DNA of 64,000 nucleotides from the human T2T-CHM13v2.0 reference genome, Homo sapiens: assembly GCF_009914755.1 (NCBI RefSeq), contig NC_060929.1; one strand, given 5' to 3'. Shown one piece after another: positions 47,234-64,000 of this stretch (its first letter is position 1; each line of letters begins with the position of its first letter). A program made the position numbers and the translations under genes. A model generated the notes under the pieces. That model was not told the origin of the DNA, did no database searches, and was given only the letters and a program-made list of their open reading frames with translations.

Positions 47234-48437
47234 GATCACTGCCACTAAGGACACTCTGCTCAACCCAATGTTTTATTTAATTCAAAACTTTTATCAAATT
47301 TGTACCAAACTCATACCACATGCCAAACTTTGGAAGATTATCTCATGCTTTCTGCTTCTTACCCTATGTTAACTCTTGAGGAACTGCTGGGACCTAGAAA
47401 TTCCTGTAGTACATTGTCTAGAGAGCAGGGACTCTGGCCTGAAAGAACTGCAGATTCCTAACTCATCTCAGTGTCCTCTGGGTAGAGAAGGCAGGTGCTC
47501 CTTGGCATTGTGTGTTTCAGCTACAAAAATAGACACACAAAATGTAAGCTTAAACCTGTAAGGAAATTTTTTTTAACAAATCTTTCTGACAAAAAAATTG
47601 GTCTCAATTTGATGTTAGAAATTATACATTCCTGGGACTTTCTTCAATAAAGAAGATTCACTTAATGCAAAATAACTGTTTAACTAAAAAGAGGAAGAGA
47701 ATACATTCTATGTCTTAGTATTCATAACTAAGCACCTTGCTTAGGATGCTCTCATGCATATTATATATATGTATGTATATTACATGTACATTTTGATATG
47801 TGAAATAAACATTGTAAGATGGCTACTTTTATTAGTATTCCCACTTTATAGAGGAGGAACTTAAGACATAGGAAGTTAAAAATCTTGACAAAGGTCATAT
47901 TGTTAACAAAAAGCAAAGTTGGCACTGACTCCAATGTTTATTACACATACAGCTACTATGCTCTGTTCCTAAGAGGTTTGCTGAGACATTGATCCCATCC
48001 ACCCTCCAGGGGAAGATGGAGTCCCTAAACCCAGTAGCCTCTGGTCATGAGCATTTGCATCTGTTCAACCCTCTTCTGCTCACCTCCCCACATAACCCTG
48101 AGCTGTACAAACTACCACCATTTTCCAAATATGCCGGACATAGTAAATGTTGTGAAGCATTGATTTAGCCCCCTAGGAAGTCACTTTCTGATTAAAAGGT
48201 AAAAGCACTGGGTGGGTGGAAACCCCATAAGTAACCATGTGCTGAGGGCGACCTTTTTTCTTTTAGGACTAGGCTGAAAGGTCAGGAGCTGGGGGCAGGG
48301 GCAGCAGATCAGGGAGGCTGTCATTCCTGAACAAATATGGTAGGATAATTAGGCTGAGTGCCCCTAAGCACTGAATGACATTGCTGAAGTCAGGAAAGTC
48401 TTCATGGACGTAGTCAGAAGGCTGTGTCTGTCTAGAA

Positions 48438-48644
48438 TGGGCTCAGAAAACTACAGCTACAGCCAGACCTGTGAGCCAAATCCAGCCCACAGCTTTCCTT
48501 TTGTATAGTCATGAACGAGAATGTCTCTTATATATTTGCAAGGCTGTAAACAAAACAAAGACTATGATAGGGACTATTTGTGGACCTCAAAGCCTAAAAT
48601 ATTTGCTATCTGGCCCTTTACAGAGTAAGTTTGCCAACAGTCTG
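48438..48644 (+). mobile_element. MER58-like hAT-Charlie MITE
   Basis: AAAGCCTAAAATATTTGCTATCTGGCCCTTTACAG; 8-bp TSD GTCTAGAA at 48430-48437 and 48645-48652. Confidence 0.85.
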
Positions 48645-50722
48645 GTCTAGAATTCACCCATGACTCCCATAAGAAAGCCATAGGTCAATGAACATGAAGC
48701 TAGAATAAAAAACATTGTGAGTTTGCAATGGCTCCACTTGCAATTTTATGGCCTTTGTGTAACTCTTTAAAGCAGACATACCTTACTCTTTGAGAACAAA
48801 GTTTCAGTATTTGGTTGGAAAGAAGGGAAATGGAAAATAACCTTCTGTTTCCCAACTTTACACCTTCTGATTTAGTAAGTCTCCAGGTACTTTGTGAGTT
48901 CTTTCCAGGCAGATTCTGTGAGAATGAACAGCTTCAAAGATGTTTCCAAGAGTGGGTATGAGAGATCTTAATCATAAGAAAGAAAATATTAATGCCTATT
49001 GCATATCAGAAACTGTCACATCTCCTGAATCAAAAATTCCATGCAGCCTGCCTCCATTTAACAGATAACTCACTAGATCTCAAAAGGGTTGCCCAAGATC
49101 AAACAGCAGGTAAAAGGCAAACTTGGGATGCAATTCTTGGTTTTCTGATTAAAAATCCAGTGTTCCTTTTCCTATACTCTACTCAAGATAATGAATTTGA
49201 AAGTGTTTCAGATGGAGAATCCAAAATCCAGGGGCCCAGCTAGTCCCTGGTCCCTCAGCTGATTAAAGAGGGTATCAGACTAGAGGATTATAAGGCCTCA
49301 CCCAGCTCCATCCTTCTGTGATTATTTTTGAGAAATGATGTAAATAAAATAGAAGGGGAAGCTCAGCTCAGGTATGCAATTTATGCTTCTGGCTTGTCAA
49401 ATTTCCTTGAGGTATGAGGTCAGTGGGGGTAAAGGGAACATGGCCAGACTCATTTAAGAGAGAGATGCATGACCAATTTCTGCATGCAAAAGGCCTCCAA
49501 AGCTGCAGGCATGGCAGCCTGACTCAACAAAGACTTCCTCCCACTCAAACACATGTAAATACTGGATAAATATTTTAAAAAGCTAAAATACCTAGCTTGA
49601 AAGAAACCCAAGATAATTCCCAGGTGCCAGACACAAAAAGAAAATTTAAACTCAGAGACATAAGCTTCAACTAACACAAGAAGGACCAGGAAAGAATCAG
49701 GCCTGGATACGGGCCCTACAGTAAATTTGGCCTGGAGGCTGCTCGGGCTGGAACTTATACCTCTGTTTAAAACTGGGACTCTCAAAAATACTTCCAGGAC
49801 TTGAGAGGGTAACTAGAACTTTGTTTACTGCCTGGGGATGACAGGAAGCAAGCTATCTTTTCTGGACTGTGGGTGGGAAAAAATATATACATCCTGTGAA
49901 AAGCCCCAAACCTAACCTGGGTATGGAGTATGAATTTAAGCTATCTACATGTTATAAGAATCTCAAGCAAGATATTAACATCATTACTGGCCCATAACCA
50001 GTGGAGCCACAGGAATCTAGAGAGAAGTGATATCAAACTGCTCCGTAAGGAGTTATCTGTAACCCAGAGTATACAGGACTCTCACTAGAAGGAGAAAAAG
50101 CTTATAGTAAATAATTACTAACCATATGATTAAAAAGTATCAGCAAGGAGCATCAGCTGATACAACACATGGAAAAATAATGAGGCTGAAAGCTAGAAAT
50201 AATGAAATAATCTCACAGATGCTGAAAATAAGTATGTTTCAAGAAGACATAATAAACACATCAAAATGATAGGATTCTTAAAAAGCAAGCAAAGGACTTA
50301 AAGATAATCAAATTGAACTTTTTTAACAGAAAAATGTAATCATTCAAATTTTAAACTCAAATTAAATAGCAGATTAAATGCACTTAAAAAGAACTAGTGA
50401 GCTGGTAGATTGATTTGAGAAAATCATCCAGTATGAAACACAGAAAGATAATAACATAGAAAATCTTAAAGAGAGTTTGAGAGCCATGGAGGGTCGACTG
50501 ACAAATTCCAACCTGATTGAACTATAAATTCTAGAAGAGAATGGAGGGAAGGGGGTTAGAAACAACTCAAAGAAATAATGGCTGGGAATTTTTCAGAATT
50601 GAAGAAAGCCCCTGAATTCCAAGTAGGATAAAACAAAACAAAACAAAACCAACAAAAAGCTCACAAAACTACATACGTTGGAGCCAAATTTTTAAACAAG
50701 AAATAAACTCTTAAAAGCACCT

Positions 50723-51144
50723 GAAATAAGACAGGCACAGAAAGACAAACATCACATGTTCTCACTTATTTGTGTGATCTAAAAATCAAAGCAACTGAAC
50801 TCATGGACATAGAGAATAGAAGGATGGTTACCAGAAGCTAAGAAGGGTATTGGGGGCTGTCGGGGAGGTGGGGATGGTTAATGTGTACAAAATAAATTAG
50901 AAAGAATAAATAAGACCTACTATTTCATAGCACAACTGGGTGACTATAGTCAGCAATAATGTAATTGGACATTTTAAAATAACTTAGTAATTGGATAGCT
51001 TGCAATTCAATGGATAAAAGCTTGAGGGGATGGATACCCCATTCTTCCTGATGTGCTTATTTCACGTTGCATGCCTGTATCAAAACATGTCATGTATCCC
51101 ATAAATATATGCACTTACTATGTATCTACAAAAATTAAAAATAA
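50723..51144 (+). mobile_element. L1MA (L1MA1-3-like) 3' end
   Basis: CAGGCACAGAAAGACAAACATCACATGTTCTCACTTATTTGTG; 14-bp TSD AAAAGCACCTGAAA at 50713-50726 and 51145-51158. Confidence 0.9.
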
Positions 51145-51781
51145 AAAAGCACCTGAAAAAAGATATGACACCTAAAAAGAAATGACAATTAGGCTGACCA
51201 GAGAATTATTATTAGCAACAATAGAAGAGTTTCTCTTATACCCAACTAAACTAAAAATATTTTCAAAAACTAAAGCTAAAAAAAGTTTACCATTGACATC
51301 TATTGCTGAAAAAACTACTAATCTGATGTACTTCAGAAAAAATATAATTGAACTCAAAACAGGGTGTGAAGCAAGAAGAAATAATGAGCAGACAGGTTAA
51401 TCAAAAGCATTGATTTAAAACAGCAAGATCATCTAATCCAGAAGAGCCAAAAGCAAGCAAAACTAAAATACTAAGGAAACATAACATGGAAGATTGAAGG
51501 GGCAGTTTTAAATCTTTGTATATTGGGGAGGGGAAACAAAGAAATATTGACCAGCAAAGTATGCATGATAGAATTTTTACTGTAACTAGTAAAATATTTG
51601 AAATAGAAGGAATACGTTCAAGCCAATAGAAGGAGATGAAGGAGTGTTGTAATGAAAACAAACAAAATAATAAAAGAAAAAAGGAAGATGAAGAGGAAAA
51701 ATAAAAGCACATGGACAGAGTTCTTGGAGGTCTAGTTTCTGGTTCAAATTCAAAACTCATCCCAGCCCCTGTTGAGGTTGG

Positions 51782-51795
51782 GCGCCACCTGGTGG
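51782..51795 (-). promoter_or_regulatory. Candidate CTCF binding site
   Basis: The - strand reads CCACCAGGTGGCGC, a close match to the CTCF core CCASYAGRKGGCRS. Confidence 0.55.
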
Positions 51796-52531
51796 TGATC
51801 ATCTACTCTGGCTTGAATATTGATGGGTGGTTTCTGAGTCCAGGAACTGGCTGGGGACCCACTCTCTGCCTCCACTGCCTGCCATTTCTCCTCTGCCTAG
51901 TCCTCTTCCACATACGTAGAAGATGAAGACTTTAATTCACCTCCTGATTAAGAACAAGGGCTGGGCAGACCGTGGGAGCTCATCACCGACTGCGTTAGAC
52001 CAAAATTTGTGTTTTGACCAGGAGTTATGACATTCAAAGAAATAATAAAAGCTCAAAATTTATGATTGAATATTCAACTCCAGGAGTTAAAAAAAAATGA
52101 ACAGGGTAACCCAAGGAAAGCAGAATGAAAGAAATGACAAAGGTAAGTAAGGATTCAATGAGTTAGAAAATAAACAACAGATGTCAAGAAAATCTAAGTT
52201 TTTCTTAAAAGGTAACTAAATTAACACCTGGCACAGAAAAAAGTATACACAATTAAAAATGTTAAAACGGAGCATAATTGGGGATGTTCCAAGATGGCCA
52301 AAAAGGAACAGCTCCGGTCTGCAGTTCCCAGCATGATCAATGCAGAAGACGGGTGATTTCTGCATTTCCAACTGAGGTACCTGGTTCATCTCATTGGAAC
52401 TGGTTGGACAGTGGGTGCAGCCCACAGAGGGCAAGCTGAAGCAGGGTGGGGCATAGCCTCACCCAGGAAGTGCAAGGGGTCGGGGGATTTCCCTTTCCAA
52501 GCCAAGGGAAGCCGTGACAGATTTCCCTTGG

Positions 52532-52747
52532 CTAGGAAAAGCCAAGAAAACAGGACCTGGAAAAACAGGACACTCCTGCCAAAATACTGCACTTTTCCCA
52601 AGGTCTTAGCAACTGGCAGACAAGGAGGTTCTCTCCCGTGCCTGGCTCCATGGGTCCCACACCCACAGAGCCTTGCTCACTGCTAGCACAGCAGTCTGAG
52701 ATCAAACTGCAAGGCAGCAGCCTGGCTGGGGAAGGGGCATCCGCCAT
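52532..52747 (-). CDS. L1 antisense ORF0 homolog, 71 codons, uninterrupted
   Basis: MADAPSPARLLPCSLISDCCASSEQGSVGVGPMEPG... resembles recalled L1HS ORF0 (MAGAPPPASLPPCSLISDCCASNQRDSVGVGPSEPG); ATG in GCAATGG context; expression unknown. Confidence 0.6.
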   Translation of the reverse strand: MADAPSPARLLPCSLISDCCASSEQGSVGVGPMEPGTGENLLVCQLLRPWEKCSILAGVSCFSRSCFLGFS

Positions 52748-53329
52748 TGCAGAGACTTGAGTAGGTAAACAAAGCAGCCAGGAAACTCGAAATGGGTGGA
52801 GCCCACTGCAGTTCAACAAGGCCCACTGCCTCTAGACTCCACCTCTGTGGGCAGAGCATAGCTGAACAAAAGGCAGCAGACAACTTCTGCTAACTTTAAC
52901 ATCCCTGTCTGACAGCTCTGAAGAGAGCAGTGGTTCTCCCAGCACGGCATTTGAGCTCTGACAACGGACAGACTGCCTCCTCAAGTGGGTCCCTGACCCC
53001 CATGTGGCCTAACTGGGAGATACCTCCCAGTAGCAGCTGACAGACACTTCATATAGGTGGCTGCCCCTCTGGGATGAAGCTTCCAGAGGAAGGATCAGGC
53101 AGCAATATTTGCCGTTCTGCAGCTTCCGCTGGTGATACCCAGGCAAACAGGGTCTGGAGTGAACCTCCAGCAAACTCCAACACACCTGCACCTGAGGGAC
53201 CTGACTATTAGAAGGAAAACTAACAAAACAGAAAGGAATAGCATCAACATAAACAAAAAGGTCATCTACACCAAAACCCCATCTGTAGATCACCAACATC
53301 AAAGACCAAAGGCAGAGAAAACCACAAAG

Positions 53330-54325
53330 TTGGGGAGAAACCAGAGCAGAAAAGCTGAACATTCTAAAAATCAGAGCACCTCTTCTCCTCCAAAGGATTG
53401 CAGCTCCTCGCCAGCAACGGAACAAAGCTGGACAGAGAATGACTTTGATGAGTTGGCAGAAGTAGGCTTCAGAAGGTCAGTAATAACAAACTTCTCTGAG
53501 CTAAAGGAGGATGTTCGAACCTATTGCAAGGAAGCTAAAAACCTGGAAAAAAGATTAGACGAATGGCTAACGAGAATAAACAGTGTAAAGAAGACCTTAA
53601 ATGACCTGATGGAGCTGAAAACCATGGCACGAGAACTTCATGACTTATGCACAAGCTTCAATAGCCAATTCAGTCAAGTGGAAGAAAGGGTATCAGTGAT
53701 TGAAGATCAAATTAATGAAATAAAGGGAGAAGAGAAATTTAGAAAAAAAAGAGTAAAAACAAATGAACAAAGCCTCCAAGAAATATGGGACTATGTGAGA
53801 AGACCAAATCTACATTTGATTGGTGTACCTGAAAGTGATGGGGAGAATGGAATCAAGTTGGAAAACACTCTTCAGGATATTATCCAGGAGAACTTCCCCA
53901 ACTTAGCAAGGCAGGCCAGCATTCAAATTCAGGAAATACAGAGAACACCACGAAGATACTCCTCAAGAAGTGCAACCCCAAGACACATATTTGTCAGATT
54001 CACCAAGGTTGAAATGAAGGAAAAAGTGTTAAGGGCAGCCAGAGAGAAAGGTCAGGTTACCCACAAAGGGAAGCCCATCAGACAAACAGCAGATCTCTAG
54101 GCAGAAACCCTACAAGCCAGAAGAGAGTAGGTGCTAATATTTAACATTCTTAAAGAAAAGAATTTTCAACCCAGAATTTCATATCCAGCCAAACTAAGCT
54201 TCATAATTGAAGAAGAAATAAAATCCTTTATAGACAAGCAAATGCTGAGAGATTTTGTCACCACCAGGCCTGCCTTACAAGAGCTCCCCAAGAAAGCACT
54301 AAACATGGAAAGAAACAACCAGTAA
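53330..54325 (+). pseudogene. L1 ORF1p: start codon mutated to TTG, 256 open codons, premature TAG at 54098
   Basis: ORF 53132..54100 (LGRNQSRKAE...RPNLHLIGVPE...) and C-terminal piece 54131..54325. Confidence 0.9.
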
Positions 54326-54419
54326 CAACCACTGCAAAAACATGCCAAATTGTAAAGACCATCAATGCTATGAAGAAACTGCATCAATTAACAGGCAAAA
54401 TAACTAGCAAACATCATAA

Positions 54420-58223
<3,804 letters not shown>

Positions 58224-59095
58224 ACAATGAGATCACTTGGACACAGGGCGGGGAACATCACACACCAGGGCCTGTCAGGAGGTGGCGGCTGGGGGAAGGA
58301 TAGCATTAGGAGAAATACCTAACGTAAATGATGAGTTGATGGGTGCAGCAAACCACCATGGCACATGTATACCTATGTATCAAACCTGCACGTTGTGCAC
58401 TTGTACCCTAGAACTTAAGGTATAATAAGAAAAGGGGCATAATTAAAGAAATGATTTTTAAAATATATATGCAATATTATGCCAATAAAGTGTAATACAG
58501 ATAAAATTGATAGTCTTATAATTTAAATATTTATTGTTTGTTAATATACATATCAAAACATTTACAGAACTATGTGTGTAAATGCTTACATGTAATGATA
58601 TACATGATTTTTAAGTGGTCTTATATTTGCTTTTCTATGTCTCAATTGACCCCTCCCCCTACAGGCACATGCATACCCCACGACACCCTGTGTGTATCAT
58701 AGGACACGCTTTGACTGTGAGTGAAACCGGAGGGATTTAGTTTTCTCCTCATAAGAAGCAGTGGAGTTACTTTGCTGCTGGCAATTCTTTTGGCCTCTCC
58801 TTCATGGTCCCAAGATGGCTGCTGCATCAAGCCTACATCCCAATAGGAAGCAGGAGGAACAGAGACAGGGCAACCAGCAGAATTCTACTTAGGTTTTATA
58901 AACCAGGACAGAGTCACATGGCCATCTCTGGCTGCAAAATGGCAAGGGGAAAGAGGAATGGGAATGGGGTTGGGTCAACAAATCAACATTATCTGCCGCA
59001 CCATTTCCAAGTTAATTTGTATCCTCCTGTGTTTTTCTTCACGTTCCTATGATCCTATACAGACATACAAAGGACTGTACTGAACCATCGCACGT

Positions 59096-59600
59096 TGTGA
59101 TGGTTCATTTTAGGTGTTGACTTGACTGGTTTAAGGATACTCAGATAGCTGGTAGAGCATATTTCTGGGTAGACATGTGAGGGTGCTTCCAGAGGAGAAT
59201 GGCATTGGAATCAGTGGACCTTAGTCCACTGATCTGCCCTCATTCAGTGTGGGCAGTTGAGAGCCCAGATAGGAATAAAAAAGGGCAGAGGAAAGGAACA
59301 TTTTCTCACTTGCTTTCTTTCTCTCTCTCCCTGAACTATGATTCCCATCTTCTTCCGCCCTTGGACATCAGAACTCCAGGTACTCCAGCCTTCAACTTCT
59401 GACTGAGAGCTATATCATCAGCTTCCCTGGTTCTTAGGCCTTCAGGTGACTGGACAACACCGCTGGCTTCCCTGTGCCTCCAGTTTGCAGACCAAGTATC
59501 ATGGAACTTCTCAGCCTCCATAATTGTGTGAGCCAATTCCTGTAATAAACCCCCTGTCATATATCTACATATTATATCCTATTGGTTCTGTTTCTCTGAT
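59096..59600 (+). mobile_element. MLT2 (ERVL) LTR
   Basis: TGTGATGGTTCATTTTAGGTGTTGACTTGACTGG...CTCAGCCTCCATAATTGTGTGAGCCAATTCC...TCCTATTGGTTCTGTTTCTCTG. Confidence 0.88.
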
Positions 59601-59695
59601 GGGGCGAGGAAGTATAAGACCAGAAGGATACACATGCAGTCTCAATGCCTCCTTGTATAAAAGCAGTCCTGCCTCCTCCTAATGATCAGGATCAG

Positions 59696-60125
59696 TGTTG
59701 CAGCAGTGAGGAAGCATCCAGCAGAACTCCAAGTACAGGGAGTGTAACTGACCAAGGATCCTAGCTACTGGCTCTGAAATCTGAGGCTGCACTTCCCACA
59801 GGCAGCTCTAGGTCGGTGTCTGGGCACAGCAGGGATAGGATGGTGGGTCTTTCTGGGAGACATGGGACTCCCCTAATGGTTTGCTTTGGGTTTAGGACTC
59901 CCCAAGGCCCTTCTTGAAACTTCCTTGTGCTGCATTGCAATCTAGGGCCCTCCCACCCAACCTCTCTTCCCTCTCCACCTCTCTCAGCGTCAGACTTACA
60001 ACACAGTCTGGCCATTCTCCCATTCTAACAAGTCTACCACACATTTTCTTTCACAGGTCTTTGCTCCAGTAAAATCCACACATGTTTAATCCCATCTTGG
60101 GGTCTGCTTCTCAGAGGACCTACAC
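59696..60125 (+). mobile_element. LTR16-like ERVL LTR
   Basis: 3' end TAATCCCATCTTGGGGTCTGCTTCTCAGAGGACC. Confidence 0.6.
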
Positions 60126-60129
60126 CCAT

Positions 60130-60690
60130 GGTCAATTACACCTGTCAGTATAACAGCTTTCTTCTTGCCTACTGGAATCTGGCCATAACTGTAATTTGTA
60201 GTTCGGTGGAAACCTTGCTGTGTCCCCCTGGCAAAAGTACTATCTCTCTTTGGGGACCAGGGCATTCAACCCTGCAGAGATCAGACTTACAGGGGTAGAA
60301 AGCACAAAATCCACCAGAGGGGCTACTCCTGCTTCCACCCCTTGGTTCCGAAACCTGTTTGTTTTTCTACTGAAGACACAGTATTATATAGAGGTCTATT
60401 ATCTAATACATACACCGCAGACTAAAGGATGGCACCCTACCATTAGAGTATTTCTTCTGAGCAGGAGCATCAGCTGCTATTTTAGAAGATGCTTCTACCT
60501 TTCCAAGATACCAGCTGCTTCAGGATGGTGTAGCATGTAATACAAAAGTGGATCCCATTGTCATGATCCCACTCCAACATTGCCTTCACTATAGTCAGTT
60601 ACTAAATTGTCCATGCTTGTGGATCAGGTATTCTGTAAGTTTCTAAATAATGGAGCCTAGATAAAAACTCTGCAGGGAGAAAAGCAAACC
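60130..60690 (-). mobile_element. ERVL internal (pol region) relic
   Basis: GGGACCAGGGCATTCAACCCTGCAGAG...GAAAGCACAAAATCC resembles recalled ERVL-int. Confidence 0.5.
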
Positions 60691-60711
60691 TAAACCAAAA
60701 ACAAGTCTCGA

Positions 60712-61470
<759 letters not shown>

Positions 61471-61896
61471 TCCTGAAATAAGTCTAAAGTTTTGGGACAT
61501 TGGTACCCTCCTGGCTCCCAAACAAACCATCTTACTTCTTTTTCTACATGAAAATCAAAAGCATTCTAACTACAAGCTAAGATATCCTCTATAACAAATC
61601 TGATTATTCTTCATAAATTCTTGAGGTCTGCAATGTATAAAAATTACAGAAGAAGGTAATTCAATGCCCTGGATTATTGAATAAAGAATAGACATTTTTT
61701 CATCTGGTTTTTCAAAATGTAAACATATGCTAAAACTAACTACTAGAAAGACAACAGAAACAAAAAAACTGATGCCATTCCTTGTCATCTTCCACTTTGT
61801 TTTGTGCTTTGGATAAACTTGAAATTCTTTGGGTTACAAGAGAATTGCAAACACTATTGTCCTAGAAGATGTCTGACTCTTAAAAACTTTTTCTGA

Positions 61897-63895
61897 AGCA
61901 CTGAAATAGGAAGAGAGGAGGTCAAACTATCTCCTCTCTTCCATATCATTGCAGATAATATGATTCTATACCTAGAAAATCCCATAGTCTCTGCCCAAAA
62001 GCTCCTAGATCTGATAAACAACTTCAGCAAAGATTCAGGATATGAAACCAATGTACAAAAATCAGTAGCATTTCTATACACTAATAACATCCAAGCTGAA
62101 ACCAAATCAAGAATGTGATCTCACTCACAAGAGTCACAAAAATATTAAAATACCTAGGAATACAGCTAACCAGGGAGGTGAAAGATCTCTAGCATTAGAA
62201 TTATGAAACACTGCTGAAAGAAATCAGAGATGACACAAACAAATAGAAAAAACATTCCATGTTCATGGATTGGAAGAATCAATATTGTTAAAATGGCCAT
62301 ACTACCCAAAGCAATCTACGGATTGAATGCTATTCCTGTCAAACTACCAATGACATTGCTCACAGGACTAGAAAAGAACTATTTTAAAATTAATATGGAA
62401 CCAAAATTAGCCCTTATAGCCATAGTAAGCCTAAGCAGAAAGATAAAAGCAGAAGGCATCACACTATCTGACCTCAAACTATAGGGCTACAGAAACCAAA
62501 ACAGCATGGTACTGGTATAAAAACAGATGCATAGACCAGTAGAAAAGAATAAACAGCCCAGAAATAAGGCCACACACCTACAACCATCTGATCTTTGACA
62601 AAGCAGACAAAGACAAGCAATGAGGAAAGAACTCCCTATACAATAAATGGCACTAAGATAACTGGCTAGCCATATGCAGAAGATCAAAACTGAACCCCTT
62701 CCTTACACCATATACAAAAATAAACTCAAAACGGATAAAGACTTAAATGTAAAAACCAAAACTAAACTCTAAAAACTCTGAACAATAACCTAGGCAATAT
62801 CATTCTGGACATAGAAATGGGCAAAGATTTCATGACAAATATGTCAAAAGCAATTTCAACAAAAGTGAAAATTGACTAATGGGATCTACTTAAACTAAAT
62901 AGTTCCTGCATAACAAAAGAAACTATCAACAGAGTAACAGACAACCTATAGAATGAGAGAAAATTTTGTAAACTATGCATCTCACAAAGGTCTAGTACCC
63001 AGCATCTATAAGAAACAAACAAATTTACAAGAGAAAAACAACCCTATTAAAAATTGGGCAAAGGACATGAACAGACACTTTTCAAAAGGAGATGCACATG
63101 TCTAACAAGTACATGAAAGAAACCTCAACATCACTGATCACTACAGAAATGCAAATCAAAACCACAATGAGATACCATCACACACCAGCCAGAATGGCTA
63201 TTACTAAAAAGTCAAAAAATTACAGATGATAGCAAGGTTGTGGAGAAAAGGGAGTGCTTATACACTGCTGGTCTGACTGTAAATTAGTTCAGCCACTGTG
63301 AAAAGCAGTCTGGTGATTTCTCAAAGAACTAAGAACTACCATTCAACCCAGCAACCCATTATTGGGTATATACCCAAAGGAATATAAATTGTTCTACCAC
63401 AAAGACATATGCATGTGTATGTTCATTACAGCACTATTCACAATAGCTAGGACATGGAATTAACCAAAATGCCCATCAACAGTTGACTGGATAAAGAAAA
63501 CGTGGTATACATACACCATGGAACACCACACAGCCATAAAAGAGAACAAAATCATGTCTTTTGCAGCAACATGGATGGAGCTGGAGGTCATTATCCTAAG
63601 TGAGCTAATGTAGGAATAGAAAACCAAATACCACATGTTCTTACTTATAAGGGGGAGCCAAACACCAAATGCACATGAATACAAAGAAGGAAACGACAGA
63701 TACTGGGGCCTACATGAGGGTGGAGGATGGGAGGAGGGTGAGGATTGAAAAATACCTGTCAGACACTATGCTTATTACCTGGGTGATGAAATAATCTGTA
63801 CCAAACCCCTTTGACACACAAGTTACCTATACAACAAACTTTGCACATATACCCCTGAATCTAAAATAAAAGTTAAAAAGTAAAATACAATTTAA
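61897..63895 (+). mobile_element. 5'-truncated LINE-1 (L1PA15/16-like)
   Basis: ORF2 remnants ([20 protein letters not shown]), old L1PA 3' UTR; degenerate TSD AAAAACTTTTTCTGA (61882) and AAAAACTTATTTTGA (63896). Confidence 0.92.
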
Positions 63896-64000
63896 AAAAA
63901 CTTATTTTGATGATGTTAGTGGTGATATTAACAAATGTGATGTGTATCATAATAAAAATGTGATAACATTTGGAAAATCAAGCATAACTCAATGAACCAG

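Larger units (their letters stand above)
49500..52263 (+). mobile_element. Very old L1M 5'/ORF1-region relic, interrupted several times
   Basis: A-rich ORF1-like remnants (AAAGAAATAATGGCTGGGAATTTTTCAGAATTGAAGAAAG); boundaries approximate. Confidence 0.5.

Overview
Primate (most likely human) nuclear DNA, repeat-rich and apparently intronic or intergenic. I find no recognisable cellular protein-coding exon; the long ORFs derive from LINE-1, Alu, LTR or simple repeats. The window holds two full-length but disabled L1PA elements (9242-15753, L1PA7/8-like; 52280-58429, L1PA5/6-like), several 5'-truncated L1s with target-site duplications (TSDs), about 15 Alu/FLAM copies, MaLR/ERVL LTRs, DNA transposon fossils, L2/MIR remnants and a 3'-truncated 5S rRNA pseudogene. 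I do not see a new biological system. The most notable observations are a 76-bp piece of flanking DNA copied into an L1 ORF1, a recurring set of small templated or inverted insertion scars, an intact 71-codon antisense ORF0 whose stop codon comes from such a scar, a strong CTCF-like motif, a RUNX motif cluster and candidate + strand non-coding exons. Repeat subfamily names come from recalled consensus sequences, and the boundaries of old repeats are approximate.
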